A stretch of DNA of 62,994 nucleotides, the filler included, from Octopus bimaculoides (Eukaryota): the NCBI RefSeq assembly GCF_001194135.2. It is 6 parts of 6 records of this genome, joined end to end, with 100 filler letters (N's around TTAATTAATTAA, not from the genome) between each part and the next. Parts side by side here need not be neighbours in the genome. Positions count along the whole stretch, not along the records: positions 30,659 to 43,325 come from NC_069003.1; positions 43,426 to 62,994 come from NC_068995.1; 4 more parts are not named here. The stretch is one strand, 5' to 3'. This document shows, piece by piece, positions 36,438-49,669 of the stretch. The notes below the pieces were generated by a model. It ran no database searches. It was not told where the DNA came from and saw only the letters and a list, made by a program, of their open reading frames with translations. The stretch's first letter is position 1. Each line of letters begins with the position of its first letter. The position numbers and the translations under genes were made by a program.

Positions 36438-38371
36438 GAAGCATGTGGTATAGTTGAAACGAGAGGCAAAGAGTGAGAATGAGTGTTGAGTGAAAAGGAA
36501 CGCAGGAATGGGAAGTAGTGACATGATTTTTAAACGTAGTATAATAGAATATTGTGACAGACATTAAAAATGTTTAGTTGTTACAGGTTTGAATGTCCAA
36601 CTGTTCAATCCGTCGATGTATTTATGAGGATAGATAAATTTATTGACTGACAGAAGAAAGAAGGACGGATGGCTAGAGCTGTCGACACAGTTATTTCAAA
36701 GTGAAATAACCTTGGCAAACAGCTGTAGATGTTACTTTGACCTTTTGGGGTGTAGCAGCACCTTTCAAGTTAATCCGTATTGTTAGAGTAGACAAAGAAG
36801 AGTATGATTGATTGATAAAGAGAACTATCGATTGATAGATATATAGACTGAATAATTGATTGATTGATTGACCCTTCAATACTGCCTGTGTTGATTTTTA
36901 TATATCCTCTCAAGAATCAAATGTTTCAGAAAAATATAAAATTTTATGGTACAATTTTCAAAATAACTGGTATTTGCAGAGGTACTGCAAATAGGCTCAT
37001 TAATGCCTGCCTTGTCGATTCCCTTCATGTAAATTTATTTCTAAAAAACATTTAAGAATGCTTATTTAAAACCAAGAATTCCTTCATTCTTTTCCGTTAT
37101 TACCTCTTTTTAATAAATGAGAAATATTTAAGAAATTTGATAAACATTTAACGAAATTAATAGAAAACAAAAATTCAGTGCTGGTATATTGATAAAGTCG
37201 GAATATTTAATGTGAAATATGTTTGGTAAATATTACTGTGTCAATATTTGGCTGGAAATTAGTGAGTTTTAGCCCTAAATTACTGTGCTCTTCCAGATTT
37301 AATTCGCTAAAATAATTTTGCACCCTCAATACTTGAATTTGTTTCAGATGTTTATCGACCCCTTAGATAGCCACTTAGATTTTCAGGAACCAATATTAAC
37401 CACTTTACTGTACTGACACCTGACCTAACTAAATGCCACAAGACATTTTGCTTTGAGGTCTAAACATAATTCGGAGGCAGACTAGTCTAACGAGTTACTN
37501 NNNNNNNNNNNNNNNNNNNNNNNNNNNNNNNNNNNNNNNNNNNNNNNNNNNNNNNNNNNNNNNNNNNNNNNNNNNNNNNNNNNNNNNNNNNNNNNNNNNN
37601 NNNNNNNNNNNNNNNNNNNNNNNNNNNNNNNNNNNNNNNNNNNNNNNNNNNNNNNNNNNNNNNNNNNNNNNNNNNNNNNNNNNNNNNNNNNNNNNNNNNN
37701 NNNNNNNNNNNNNNNNNNNNNNNNNNNNNNNNNNNNNNNNNNNNNNNNNNNNNNNNNNNNNNNNNNNNNNNNNNNNNNNNNNNNNNNNNNNNNNNNNNNN
37801 NNNNNNNNNNNNNNNNNNNNNNNNNNNNNNNNNNNNNNNNNNNNTTTTTTTTTTTTTTTCTAAGATTTAAAACTTCTTCGCCAAGTAACGGGAATGGTTG
37901 CAATGGAGTTGCGCTGGTGTAGGCGGAATTAAGAATTTGACATGTCCAGAAAAATAAAGTAGGACGTGAATTTAAGAGTTTCTTGTTTTTGTTTGTACGT
38001 TTAAATGGTTGGAATGGTTCTTTGACCGAATAGCTTCATGAATAATAGCGAGCAAAATGGTTTAAGGAAAGTTCTCCTCGTTAACCATGTAGTTCCGGGA
38101 TCGGTACCACTGAATACTGAGCGACACCTAGGGCAAGTATCCATCTTACTTTTGAGTAAAATCAATGCCTTGTGAGTGGAATTTGGGTGACGGAAACTGT
38201 ATAGAAATCTCGTGTGTATTATATATAAGCATACACACGTATATGTACATGTATGTGTATGTGTGCACATAATCGATAGTCTGGGCAAACTCTTGAAAAG
38301 TCAGCCAAAAAGTTAATAGAATTCAAATTCTATTAAATAATATTAATACTGATGTGAGTGATCAAATAAAG

Positions 38372-38689
38372 CAGCAGTTTCCAACCAGGGTCCTTACAAG
38401 ATTTTGGGGTCACAACAAAATAGTAACTTGGGAATCCACAATGGTATTTTAAGGGCCCCTGGAAAAAAATTGCTTTAGTTGTACGTATTGCAAGAAACAG
38501 CTAGGTTTCTTTGTCTAACATTTTATACATAGCTCAGCCTATACAAGTTAATATGTGAAAAACAAAATTGAATTTTGTAAGAAGTTTCTATAAAACTAGT
38601 TTTAAACAGAATTGATATGGGGGTCCACCAGAATAAGATAGTATTTCAAGGAGGTTCGTAGATAAAAAAAAAATGGTTGAGAATCCTTG
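38372..38689. mobile_element. hAT-type MITE (diverged)
   Basis: CAGCAGTTTCCAACC..GGTTGAGAATCCTTG; degenerate 8-bp TSD AAATAAAG/AAATAGTG; followed by a SINE A 3' part. Confidence 0.65.
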
Positions 38690-39085
38690 AAATAGTGTCA
38701 TGCAGTGGGGTCGATATAATAGACTTAATTAACTCCCTCTCAACAAATTACTGGCTGCCTTGTCCCTAATATTTGAATAAAAGAAAAAAAGAAGGTATTT
38801 GGAAATAAAGTGAGATTAATTTATTTAAAACTAATAATGAGCGGGTTTTACATCATACACGATACTTGTACAATTTCGTACCCCATCAGACAGCTTCACT
38901 TTTGAACAAAACAATTCTGCATTATAATACTTTCACTCCAGTTTGGCACTCATAGCAAAAATATGAAGTTATTAAAAGTGAAAGAATCTCTCGAACAGAC
39001 AGGGATTCAATCGAAAATCGATAGTTCAGAGGAAAGATGAAGTCGTACAATGGATTGTTGTTGAGGTTATTATTACCAGCGCTCG

Positions 39086-39430
39086 TAAGGTGGTGAGCTG
39101 GCAGAATCGTAAGCACGCCAGGCAAAATGCTTAGCAGCAGTTGATCTGTCTTTATGTACTGAGAGCACTGAAGTCCATCTAATTCAGTGCTCCGCAACCG
39201 GTTTGCCGCGGCACACTGGTGTGCAACGAGACGATACTAAGTGTGCCACAGTGTAACTTGAATACAATTTTTCCCCCTATACTTTTAGTTAAATCTTTAG
39301 TTCAGGTGTGCGCCGAATTTTGAAAAGAATATGTGTATCGCAAGAGAGAAAAGGTTGCGGAGTACTGATCTAATCGACTGTGCCCCTTACCTCGAAATTG
39401 CTGACATTGTGCCAAGATTTGAAACCGTTA
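39086..39430 (+). mobile_element. SINE family A split by a hAT MITE
   Basis: Head AAGGTGGTGAGCTGGCAGAATCG; resumes ATCTAATCGACTG at 39368. Confidence 0.85.
39185..39367. mobile_element. 183-bp hAT-type MITE
   Basis: TIR CAGTGCTCCGCAACC / GGTTGCGGAGTACTG (14/15); TSD ATCTAATT/ATCTAATC. Confidence 0.88.
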
Positions 39431-40689
39431 TTACTAGCGCTCGCACAATACTAAAATTGTGCTTTAGTAATGTCTCTCAGAGAGATGTTGATAAAATCTG
39501 CTAGTTTGTTCAACAAGAACGTACCAATACTATTGAACATAGAGCAGTTATGAGCAACCAACGGCTTAGTGAAAAACTACCGTGAATTTGTTTTTAGTAG
39601 TGCAACTCGCCTGATGTAAGCCATGTTGCTAGCCCGTGCATGGACTAGAATTCTGACATTCTGGGGGTCAGGCGCGAGTTCATTTCGGTGGGGAGGAGGC
39701 AAGTGTAGTCAAATGTTAAAATTAAAAAGAAAGGAGAAAAGATGTCGCTTCATCATTACCATTACCATTATTGAGGGCAATTTGACTGTTATTTCGAGCG
39801 ACCTCAAAAGGTAAAGTGGAATAAATTGTATGAAGTTGTAAAGCGAAAGAAAACAGCAGGAAGCGGTAGTGTAAAAACAAAAAGCCCATCCCCTCCAAAA
39901 CTTATCAGGTGCCAAACGATAATTGAATCAATTAAGTGAGGTGTGAAACACTAAGCCATGGTTTCTAAGTGCATGCATATCTCAATTCACGTCGGAAATT
40001 GGGTCCAAGACAGGCGACTTAAATCGAAAATGACGTAACATAAAAAAATTTAGCCTATATCTGTTTTAATAAATACTTTGTACAAAATTTCACGTGTATT
40101 TTATTTCATTTTCCACTTCAGTATTGATTTTTGGGATATTTTTAAAAGAAATTTTAGGCTGAGACCGACGTAAAGTCACATGAATCGACTGAAGTTGAGG
40201 TGTCCCTGTATACTGTTGCTCTATGTGTATTCTACTTTGTTTAAATTAATGATAACTATGAAATTAACAAATACAAAAGTGACAATCTAATTTATAGAAA
40301 AGTACGCAATTTTATCTTATAATTTCATTCGCATCTTCGAACGTCATAAGATATGTTACCCTTATCTCGTGTGCTCTTTCGACCCACAATTCGCTTTCGA
40401 AACGGAATGAGTCACACTCAGCCATGTTCTATGGACCCGCAGTTATTCTAATCAAGTTCTTTTATTCTGTTAATGCTTGGATGTGTGTTTTTGTTTGGTA
40501 AAAACATGCAAAATAAAGAACGTCTTTTATGTTAACGTTGTTTATTGTACTCTTTAAACTACTTCCGGTTCTGGCAGTTGTTTTGTTTGTAATCCACATA
40601 TTTCTAGTGTTTTTCGTGGCTTGCAATCAGTACATTCGATAAAATTTTAGGTACAGTGGTCAAGTCTTCAGCATCTCTCTTCATTTCCG

Positions 40690-41150
40690 ATGACGTGGCT
40701 CTTTCGGCTTCCGTTGCTGACCCCTTTATGAAGTTCAATGGAGTGTTGCTCCCTCATTTCGGGTATTGTTACTGTTTCAAATCCTAGACTATATTCAGAA
40801 AGGGGCCACTTTAGCATAAAGTTACTCGCAGACACGTTCCACCCTCTGATCCACAAACACGTGTCTCCTTTCTGCGTCTGTCATTTTTTCTTCCGGTTAT
40901 AGTAGGACCCGCTCTTCAGAATTTGCTGTCGTTGTCACTTTCACTCAGGTATTCCCGACCTACTTGTCTCTCGTCTTCTCACCCCTACTTTCAGACATCT
41001 AACGCTACCCCTATGTTCCACAAAAACCGCTATTTCTCCTCTCCAGAACATCATCCCTCTGGAATTTTCCCCTCCAAATCATGTCTTTCTTACTGGTGTT
41101 GATTTACAAAAGTTTAAACGGAACATCAATGGCATCAACCCCATCGGTCA
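40690..41150 (+). pseudogene. Decayed LINE ORF2 C-terminus (CR1/L2/Jockey-group-like)
   Basis: Frameshifted pieces MECCSLISG, ILDYIQKGA, LADTFHPLIH, RTSSLWN and HVFLTGVDLQKFKRNINGIN follow the typical post-RT motif order (EYCS..W, LD.IQ..A, R...LWN.LP, DL..FK..VN). Confidence 0.7.
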
Positions 41151-41190
41151 ATCTGAGCCTACAAACGCTATGGGTACTGCCCCTTCCTCT

Positions 41191-41347
41191 ATCATCATCA
41201 TCCTTTAACGTCCGTTTTTCATGCTGGCATGGGTTGGATGGTTTGACCAGAGCTGGCAAACCGGTGCAGCTCTTCAGCTTGCTAGCTCTGGTCAAACCAC
41301 CCAAACCCTTCCAGCATGAAAAACGGACGTCAAAGGATGATGATGAT
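41191..41347. repeat. 157-bp hairpin formed by two inverted retroelement-tail sequences
   Basis: 69-nt arms (ATCATCATCATCCTTTAACGTCCGTTTTTCATGCTGG..), 19-nt loop. Confidence 0.9.
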
Positions 41348-42185
41348 AATGATGCTACAGATGCAGCAGGTAAAAAAAAAATTATCTTTAAAGCGTTTAT
41401 ATCAGCTTGTGTAATGTGCCCATCTTAAAGAGTACATTTAGTATTGTCAGTGTTTTTTAATGTATTTTTGCTTGATTGTTCCACAGAGGGAGGCACATTG
41501 CATGATGGGTTAACAAATAGTTTTTCATATCAAGATCTAGGGAATATGGGAGGGAGGGGGTATAAGGTTTTGTTGCATGTTTTTTTTTTATGTTGAACTA
41601 ATTTGGAAATGAAAAGCATAGGTTGTGAGTAATGGCAATGCAACATGCTAAGGTATTTAAACTGGTAAACACTAAGTGCATAGTGATTATGGGTGGTGGT
41701 CATGTTGTAGGATGTCAATTGTTGCCAGTACACATTTAGATGTCTTTCAATTGCCATATTGTAACCCAAGCTTCTAATAATAAGTCTCTCTCTGTAGAAA
41801 ATGGGAATGTGTTAGCATTACTGGGTTTGTAGGTCATCTATGAAATGTCTGTCATAGTGAGGGCAAATTCTAGGTAAAAAAAAATTCTTTTAGAATCACA
41901 ATTTCCATTGTATGAGACACAGGAATACTAAGATTAGAAGCTTTCCAATTCTTTGCTCTTTTCCTTCTCTTTGAGATAGTGATAGCTGTTGGACAAATCA
42001 TTTAGGAATAACAGAATAAATAGTAAGGACTCTTGCATGGAATTACTTTGGTACTCTCAATATTATAAGGATTATTGTTGATTTATTAGCATCCATTATC
42101 AATTACAGTTCTCTGTCCTGTAATCTGATCCTCTTGAATCCTTAATATTGGTTCATTTAGTGTTTACATTTGAGCGTTTGTTTAC

Positions 42186-42480
42186 AGAAGGCACATGGCT
42201 TAGTGGTAGGGGTTTTCGACAGTGCATTGTGTCCTTCAGCAAGATACTTTATTTCATGTTACTCCAAGTCCACTCAGCTAGCAAAAGAGAGTAGTACATG
42301 TATTTTAAAGGTCCAGCTTAGTCACATTGAGTGTGTCAAGCTGAATTTCCCTAAGAACCACTTTAAGTGTATGTGTGTCTGTGGAGTACTCAGCCACTTG
42401 CATGTTAATGTCATGAGCAGGATGTTCCGTTGATTGGATCAACTGAAACATGTCATCATCACTAATGGAGTGCCAGTTAC
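42186..42480 (+). mobile_element. SINE family C (CpG-decayed copy)
   Basis: GAAGGCACATGGCTTAGTGG..CCACTCAGCT..GTCTGTGGAGTACTCAGCCACTTGCATGTTAAT. Confidence 0.9.
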
Positions 42481-43425
42481 TGAAGGGTAGAGTGCTGAAA
42501 GGATAATATATTCTTGATACATTCCAAGGGAGCAACTCCTGCTTTTCGATAAATGTGTTTATAATGCATTCAATTCACTGGGGTAAGGGGACTTTAAGAT
42601 ACCAGTGTTTCAACCTGTTGCATGACTCCTCAGCCAAAGCTATTCGGACCAATGAATCTAACAAAATCTTTTGGCTCTTGGTTTATAAGATTCAGTTGGC
42701 AAATTATTTGGTTCTGAAATCTAGCACTAATACATCCATTGGATAATAAGTGGTTTCTGATTACAATCATGAAACAAAATAAAATGTGCATGAGCACACA
42801 TGCACACAAACACACACACACACACACCATCATCACCACCACCACTATTTAAAACTTTTCTACACTTACATGGGTCAAATGGAATTTGTTCAAGTGGATT
42901 TTCTACAACCAGATGTACTTACTGTTGTTAACCCTTACTTGGTTTCTTACTTGGTTTCCAAGTAAGTTAACACTCTCCATGACTGGACATGTTTTTGCAG
43001 AAGATTAGAAATGTAGAATACCACTTGCACAACAGTGATAGTCATTTTATAATTGTCACATGAAGTCAAGGCAGAGAGACAATAACACATACACAAGTAT
43101 ATATATACATGATGATGATATATATATATTATATATATATATATATTTATGCACACACAGTTTCCATCTACTAAATCCACAAATCCACTCAAGGCCTTAG
43201 GCTAGAGTAGAAAACACTTGCCCACCGAAGGTGGGCAACTGTCCACACAGTAGGACTGAACCTGAGACCATGTAGCTGGGAAGCAAATCTCTTACCATAC
43301 AGCCATGACTGTCTTTATGTGAAAANNNNNNNNNNNNNNNNNNNNNNNNNNNNNNNNNNNNNNNNNNNNTTAATTAATTAANNNNNNNNNNNNNNNNNNN
43401 NNNNNNNNNNNNNNNNNNNNNNNNN

Positions 43426-43462
<37 letters not shown>

Positions 43463-46400
43463 TGAAATAAATTTTAAACACACACACTAAGAATAATTAT
43501 AACTCACTAATTAAAAGAGAATATAATTTTTTAAATAAAGCCTGGAAGATTACTAATTCATTTGAGTTATGACAACCCACAACACTGTCCTTTTTATCAT
43601 GTTCCAAAATGTGTGCAAATCCGTGCAACCAAACGCACTCTAAGCATGTTTTACGCTGTTTGGTACTATAAAACTTTAACGTCTTCGGAGTCTTTTCGGT
43701 GTAGCGTTTTAGTTTTTAGTTCGGTATGACGTTTTATATACGCATACGTGACACACATACTAAACACACGCACGGACACAGATGGAAACGCAATTGCATG
43801 CACAGATAAAGATACACATAGCATAAAATGACAAAGTGGAATAGGCAGTGCAAGAGGAGACACATGGAACAGAGAGTGATGAAAGTACTTTGACGGACAA
43901 ATAAGCTAAAGAAAAAAATATGCAACTGTTGGTGTGTTTATGAGGCTTACAAAGAATAAGTTCTGAGTTCAATTTCTTCGACTAAAAGCAGTGGTCCAGT
44001 ATGGCCGCGGTCAAATGACTGAAACACGTAAAAGAGTAAAAGAATAAAGCTAAAGCAAGAATCAAATAAATAGTGCGTGAATATAATTAACAAAAGATGA
44101 CCATACCTAAGTAAAACAATATCTATTTCAACACACGTTTTCACATCAAGAATCTTACAAAACAAATACATAAACGTTTTAGTATAATTTTTACTAATGT
44201 TCTTCATTTTGCAGATTATATTCTGAACCTTACTGTTTCCGTATCATTCTAACTTCTTTGAATAATCTGCGGCACCACAGGGGTATAATTTTGCCATTAA
44301 ATATTTATTCGGTTTTCGTAAAAACGTTAAATATTTATTTCTTCATCGTCTTCATTTCCTTCGTTAATATTCCTTCATCTATTTCTAATTCTGTGCATAA
44401 AGTTATTTCATTTGCCATCACCAGAATTTTGACGGATGATCGTTCAGAAACTGGTTTCTATTTTNNNNNNNNNNNNNNNNNNNNNNNNNNNNNNNNNNNN
44501 NNNNNNNNNNNNNNNNNNNNNNNNNNNNNNNNNNNNNNNNNNNNNNNNNNNNNNNNNNNNNNNNNNNNNNNNNNNNNNNNNNNNNNNNNNNNNNNNNNNN
44601 NNNNNNNNNNNNNNNNNNNNNNNNNNNNNNNNNNNNNNNNNNNNNNNNNNNNNNNNNNNNNNNNNNNNNNNNNNNNNNNNNNNNNNNNNNNNNNNNNNNN
44701 NNNNNNNNNNNNNNNNNNNNNNNNNNNNNNNNNNNNNNNNNNNNNNNNNNNNNNNNNNNNNNNNNNNNNNNNNNNNNNNNNNNNNNNNNNNNNNNNNNNN
44801 NNNNNNNNNNNNNNNNNNNNNNNNNNNNNNNNNNNNNNNNNNNNNNNNNNNNNNNNNNNNNNNNNNNNNNNNNNNNNNNNNNNNNNNNNNNNNNNNNNNN
44901 NNNNNNNNNNNNNNNNNNNNNNNNNNNNNNNNNNNNNNNNNNNNNNNNNNNNNNNNNNNNNNNNNNNNNNNNNNNNNNNNNNNNNNNNNNNNNNNNNNNN
45001 NNNNNNNNNNNTATATATATATATATATATTAAACATTATATATACTGATATATACACATGCACTAATACATATGTTTATGAACATACACACACACACAC
45101 ACACACACATATGATACATACTCACACGTTCAAGCAAATATATTTATCATTCAACTAATATTGCAGGTTTAACGTATAAATACAGAGTGCTATCCATATG
45201 TATTTAGTTTCAACTTACCCAATACAGAAAATGAGAGTTGGGAGGAAAATCCCTCAATGTAGCACTGGTACTACTTTTGATGATCCATTCCCTCATCCTG
45301 AATATACACTGACATACACACAAATACGGATTAAATTTAACCGCACTTTAGGCCGCCCTAATAGTTGAAAGTAATGGTGTTTTGTGTTTGCTAGATGCAG
45401 CACTTCAGTTTTGTTTTGTCCAAGATAGTCCTAACATTCTTCTATATGTTCACATATCAAAAGTTACCGTTATGGAATGAGTTTCGTACTTCCAACTGAA
45501 ACAATAACAATAAATAAATAAATAAATAAATGCATAAATAAATAAATACATGTCTCAGCAAGCTGATAATATGATCTTGGTTTCAATTCCAAGTTAAACA
45601 ATTCGCTGCTGTCATATATAACGTCATGAAAATAGTTCTTCTCGTTTGCTGTTTCTTTAAAGATAGAGTGTTTTAGCCTTAGTGAAGTAGAAGCCCACAT
45701 GGATTAAGTTAGCCAAAGCAAAAAGAAAAACAAACTTAGAGGAAAGAAAGAATTTGGAAATAAAATAATACAGAATAAATAAAATATAACTGTGTAGGGA
45801 TTAAAGATAGAGATAAGATTGATCTTAAATAAATCTTTAAATACATCTTAAATACAAAGTAAATTGCTTGAGTTATGACAATAATAAATCTTTCGAAAGT
45901 TGGTACTATAATTGAAGCAGATTTCTATCTTTAAAATTCCTAAACTATTTGCATGGATAAAAAAAAAAATCAATATGTCGGAGGTCTCGAATGAAGGATA
46001 GAATTGGATTCGCTCCAAAAGAAATGCTATCATATTCTTGTTGAAATATGACGAGGGAAGAAGATAAGGCAAGATAAAGTCTTCAGAAATGAATTGGCAG
46101 GGAGAAAGTAAGTCTTGGGGATGGACGAGAAAAGAATAAAATGAATGAATAAATATAGAAATAAAATAAATAAACAAATAAGAGCAGAATGAAGGGAAAA
46201 ATAATCATTATCAAATATTAATACCCGGAACCCAGTAACACGTGTTTACCAACTGAAAATTAAGACTGATCCTTACTGACAGTCATGTAATAAATGGGTG
46301 GAGAAAAACGAAGATAATGGCGATGAAGGAAGGTTTAGGGTGGAGGTGTCACGTGATAAACGTTCACCGGAACTTGTACTAGTGGTTGCCTTACCTTGAA

Positions 46401-46776
46401 CTAACAAAATAAAATAAAATAATGAGTTATAAAAATGGTGCTGTTTATTATCAATCACAGTTACTTCGGTGACCTTAAGACGAGATTATAAACAAATACT
46501 TCCTCTTTTCGAGAACGTCTTCCATCAGTTCGGATTTCAGCGTGTGAATAAATGGGTATAAATGGATATCTCTCTGTGCCAGTGTGAGTGTGTGTATTTG
46601 TGCGTATGTGTGCGTATGTGTGTGCGTGCGTCTGCGCGAGTCTGAGTACGATTTGTGCTTTCTGTTTAATAGACTGTTTATTTAGTTGTTCAACACGCGT
46701 AGATCGTGTCCCAAGAGCTCATTTATTCTTTACAACTGTGTATATACATACATACACAAACATATACATACATACG

Positions 46777-46820
<44 letters not shown>

Positions 46821-47018
46821 TATATATATATACATATGTGTGTGTGTGTGTGTCATGTATGTATATATATATATATATATACATATGTGTGTGAGTGGGT
46901 GGGTGTTATGCATATATGTATATATTATATGTATACATGTATGTGTATATATATATTTATATATATACATGTATATGTGTATGTATATATATGTGTGTGT
47001 GTTTATATGTTTATACAT

Positions 47019-47061
<43 letters not shown>

Positions 47062-47125
47062 NNNNNNNNNNNNNNNNNNNNNNNNNNNNNNNNNNNNNNN
47101 NNNNNNNNNNNNNNNNNNNNNNNNN

Positions 47126-47172
<47 letters not shown>

Positions 47173-47572
47173 CATACATTGTATATATATAATGTATATA
47201 CATATATATGTAAATATATACACACACGTACACATATTCCCAAAGTGGATGAACCTGCTTAGTAAATGTTCATATCTGTAAGCCGAGATAGTCAGACAGA
47301 AATGACTTCTACCCAAGCCCAATGTTCTTCTGGGATATACAATGGTATAATGGGAACTATAGACTCGGTTCTTTAATATGTTTATTTTAAGACTTGCAGG
47401 AAGCCCTTATACAGCAAGATGTATGCTTCTCCTTAACTGATTTCCTTCAGTGCTTTACGTTTAAAGACCGGCCTTATTTATTCCTTTTAATTATAGCAAC
47501 ATTGACTTCCGGGAAAGAATTTGTCTTTACGAATGTAGCAGCTTTTACTACTTATTATCGTTTATATTTTAC

Positions 47573-47968
47573 TTGTGTCAGTCATTAGACTGCGGTCATG
47601 CTGGGGCACAACTTTGAAGTGTTTACTTTAACAAATCGATCCCAATACTTGCTTTTTTTTTAGGTTTTGTACTTATTTTATCGACCTTTCTTCTGAACTG
47701 CTATGTGATTGGCACGTAAATAAATCCACACCGAATATGGAGCGGTAAGGAAAGCAAACAAAAATCAAGAAATACACATAGATATACACATACAAATATA
47801 TACATATATACGGCGAATTTTCATACTGTTTCCATCTACGAAATTCACTCATAACGCATTGGTGGGCCCAGGGCTCTAGCAGAAGACACTCACCCGAGGT
47901 GTTGCACAATGGGATGGAACACGAAACACATCGCTCCAAAGCTAGCTCCTTAACCACACAACCATACA
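47573..47968 (-). mobile_element. Composite SINE: B head, microsatellite, G tail
   Basis: B segment 47810-47968, (TA/CA) core, G tail 47573-47740. Confidence 0.8.
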
Positions 47969-48261
47969 TTTAGCCCATCTCAAATTACACGCACTTATCT
48001 GAAAAATAAAAGAATACGTGAAAATGTGTGTAGTCCACGGAACGAAGAATATATCTGAATATACGATAGGAAGGACATGGCTGGAAACCTTTGTGCATAA
48101 GCCTGTTCGATCACAGCCTTTTTTGGACTCAACAACAACATCCGCAATAACAACCAGAAATCAGTAATCTCATAGTTATGTGATTAGGATTGTTTGCTCC
48201 ACGGCCTACGTGTTAAGGGTTCCGGTCTCAGTGCACGGTATTTTAGGAACGTGTCTTATAT

Positions 48262-48320
<59 letters not shown>

Positions 48321-49050
48321 NNNNNNNNNNNNNNNNNNNNNNNNNNNNNNNNNNNNNNNNNNNNNNNNNNNNNNNNNNNNNNNNNNNNNNNNNNNNNNNN
48401 NNNNNNNNNNNNNNNNNNNNNNNNNNNNNNNNNNNNNNNNNNNNNNNNNNNNNNNNNNNNNNNNNNNNNNNNNNNNNNNNNNNNNNNNNNNNNNNNNNNN
48501 NNNNNNNNNNNNNNNNNNNNNNNNNNNNNNNNNNNNNNNNNNNNNNNNNNNNNNNNNNNNNNNNNNNNNNNNNNNNNNNNNNNNNNNNNNNNNNNNNNNN
48601 NNNNNNNNNNNNNNNNNNNNNNNNNNNNNNNNNNNNNNNNNNNNNNNNNNNNNNNNNNNNNNNNNNNNNNNNNNNNNNNNNNNNNNNNNNNNNNNNNNNN
48701 NNNNNNNNNNNNNNNNNNNNNNNNNNNNNNNNNNNNNNNNNNNNNNNNNNNNNNNNNNNNNNNNNNNNNNNNNNNNNNNNNNNNNNNNNNNNNNNNNNNN
48801 NNNNNNNNNNNNNNNNNNNNNNNNNNNNNNNNNNNNNNNNNNNNNNNNNNNNNNNNNNNNNNNNNNNNNNNNNNNNNNNNNNNNNNNNNNNNNNNNNNNN
48901 NNNNNNNNNNNNNNNNNNNNNNNNNNNNNNNNNNNNNNNNNNNNNNNNNNNNNNNNNNNNNNNNNNNNNNNNNNNNNNNNNNNNNNNNNNNNNNNNNNNN
49001 NNNNNNNNNNNNNNNNNNNNNNNNNNNNNNNNNNNNNNNNNNNNNNNNNN

Positions 49051-49274
49051 ACTGCCCACAAGGGGCTACACACAGAGGGGACAAACAAGGACAGACAAAC
49101 GGATTAAGTCGATTATATCGACTCCAGTACGTAACTGGTACTTAATTTATCGACCCCGAAAGGATGAATGGCAAAATCGACCTCGGCGGAATTTGAGCTC
49201 AGAACATAATGACAGACGAAATACAGCTAAGCCTTTCGCCCGGCCTGCTAACTTTTCTGCCGGTTCGCCGCCTT
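49051..49274 (-). mobile_element. SINE family A
   Basis: AAAATCGACCTCGGCGGAATTTGAGCTCAGAAC; tail CTGCCCACAAGGGGCT. Confidence 0.92.
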
Positions 49275-49299
49275 AAAGACATACACATATTCTTTTATT

Positions 49300-49642
49300 C
49301 CTTTTCAGGTTTCAGTCATATGAGTGCGGCCATGGTAGATCACCGCCTTGAAGTGTTTTAGTCGAATAAACAGACCCCAGGACTTATTATTTTTTTTAGC
49401 CTAGTGCTCATTCTATTATTTTGTTTTGCCGAGCCGCTAATTTACTGGGACATAAACACACCAACACCGATTGTCAAGCGGTGATGAATGGACAAACACA
49501 GACACAAAGACACACACATAAATATAACCATATATATAGGACGGGATTCTTTCACTTTCTGTCTACGAAACCCACATACAAGGCTTCGCTTAGTCCGAGG
49601 CTATAGTAGACAATACTTGCCCAAGATACCACACCCGCGCCT
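49300..49642 (-). mobile_element. Composite SINE: B (partial), microsatellite, G tail
   Basis: GTTTCAGTCAT..GCGGCCATG..ACAAACACAGACACAAAGAC followed by the B 3' part. Confidence 0.85.
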
Positions 49643-49669
49643 ATATATATATATATATATATATGCATA

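Noticed and set aside
41798-41873. + strand segment with a strong acceptor and donor
   Set aside because: Stops in all three frames. It could only be a non-coding exon, and there is no support for that.
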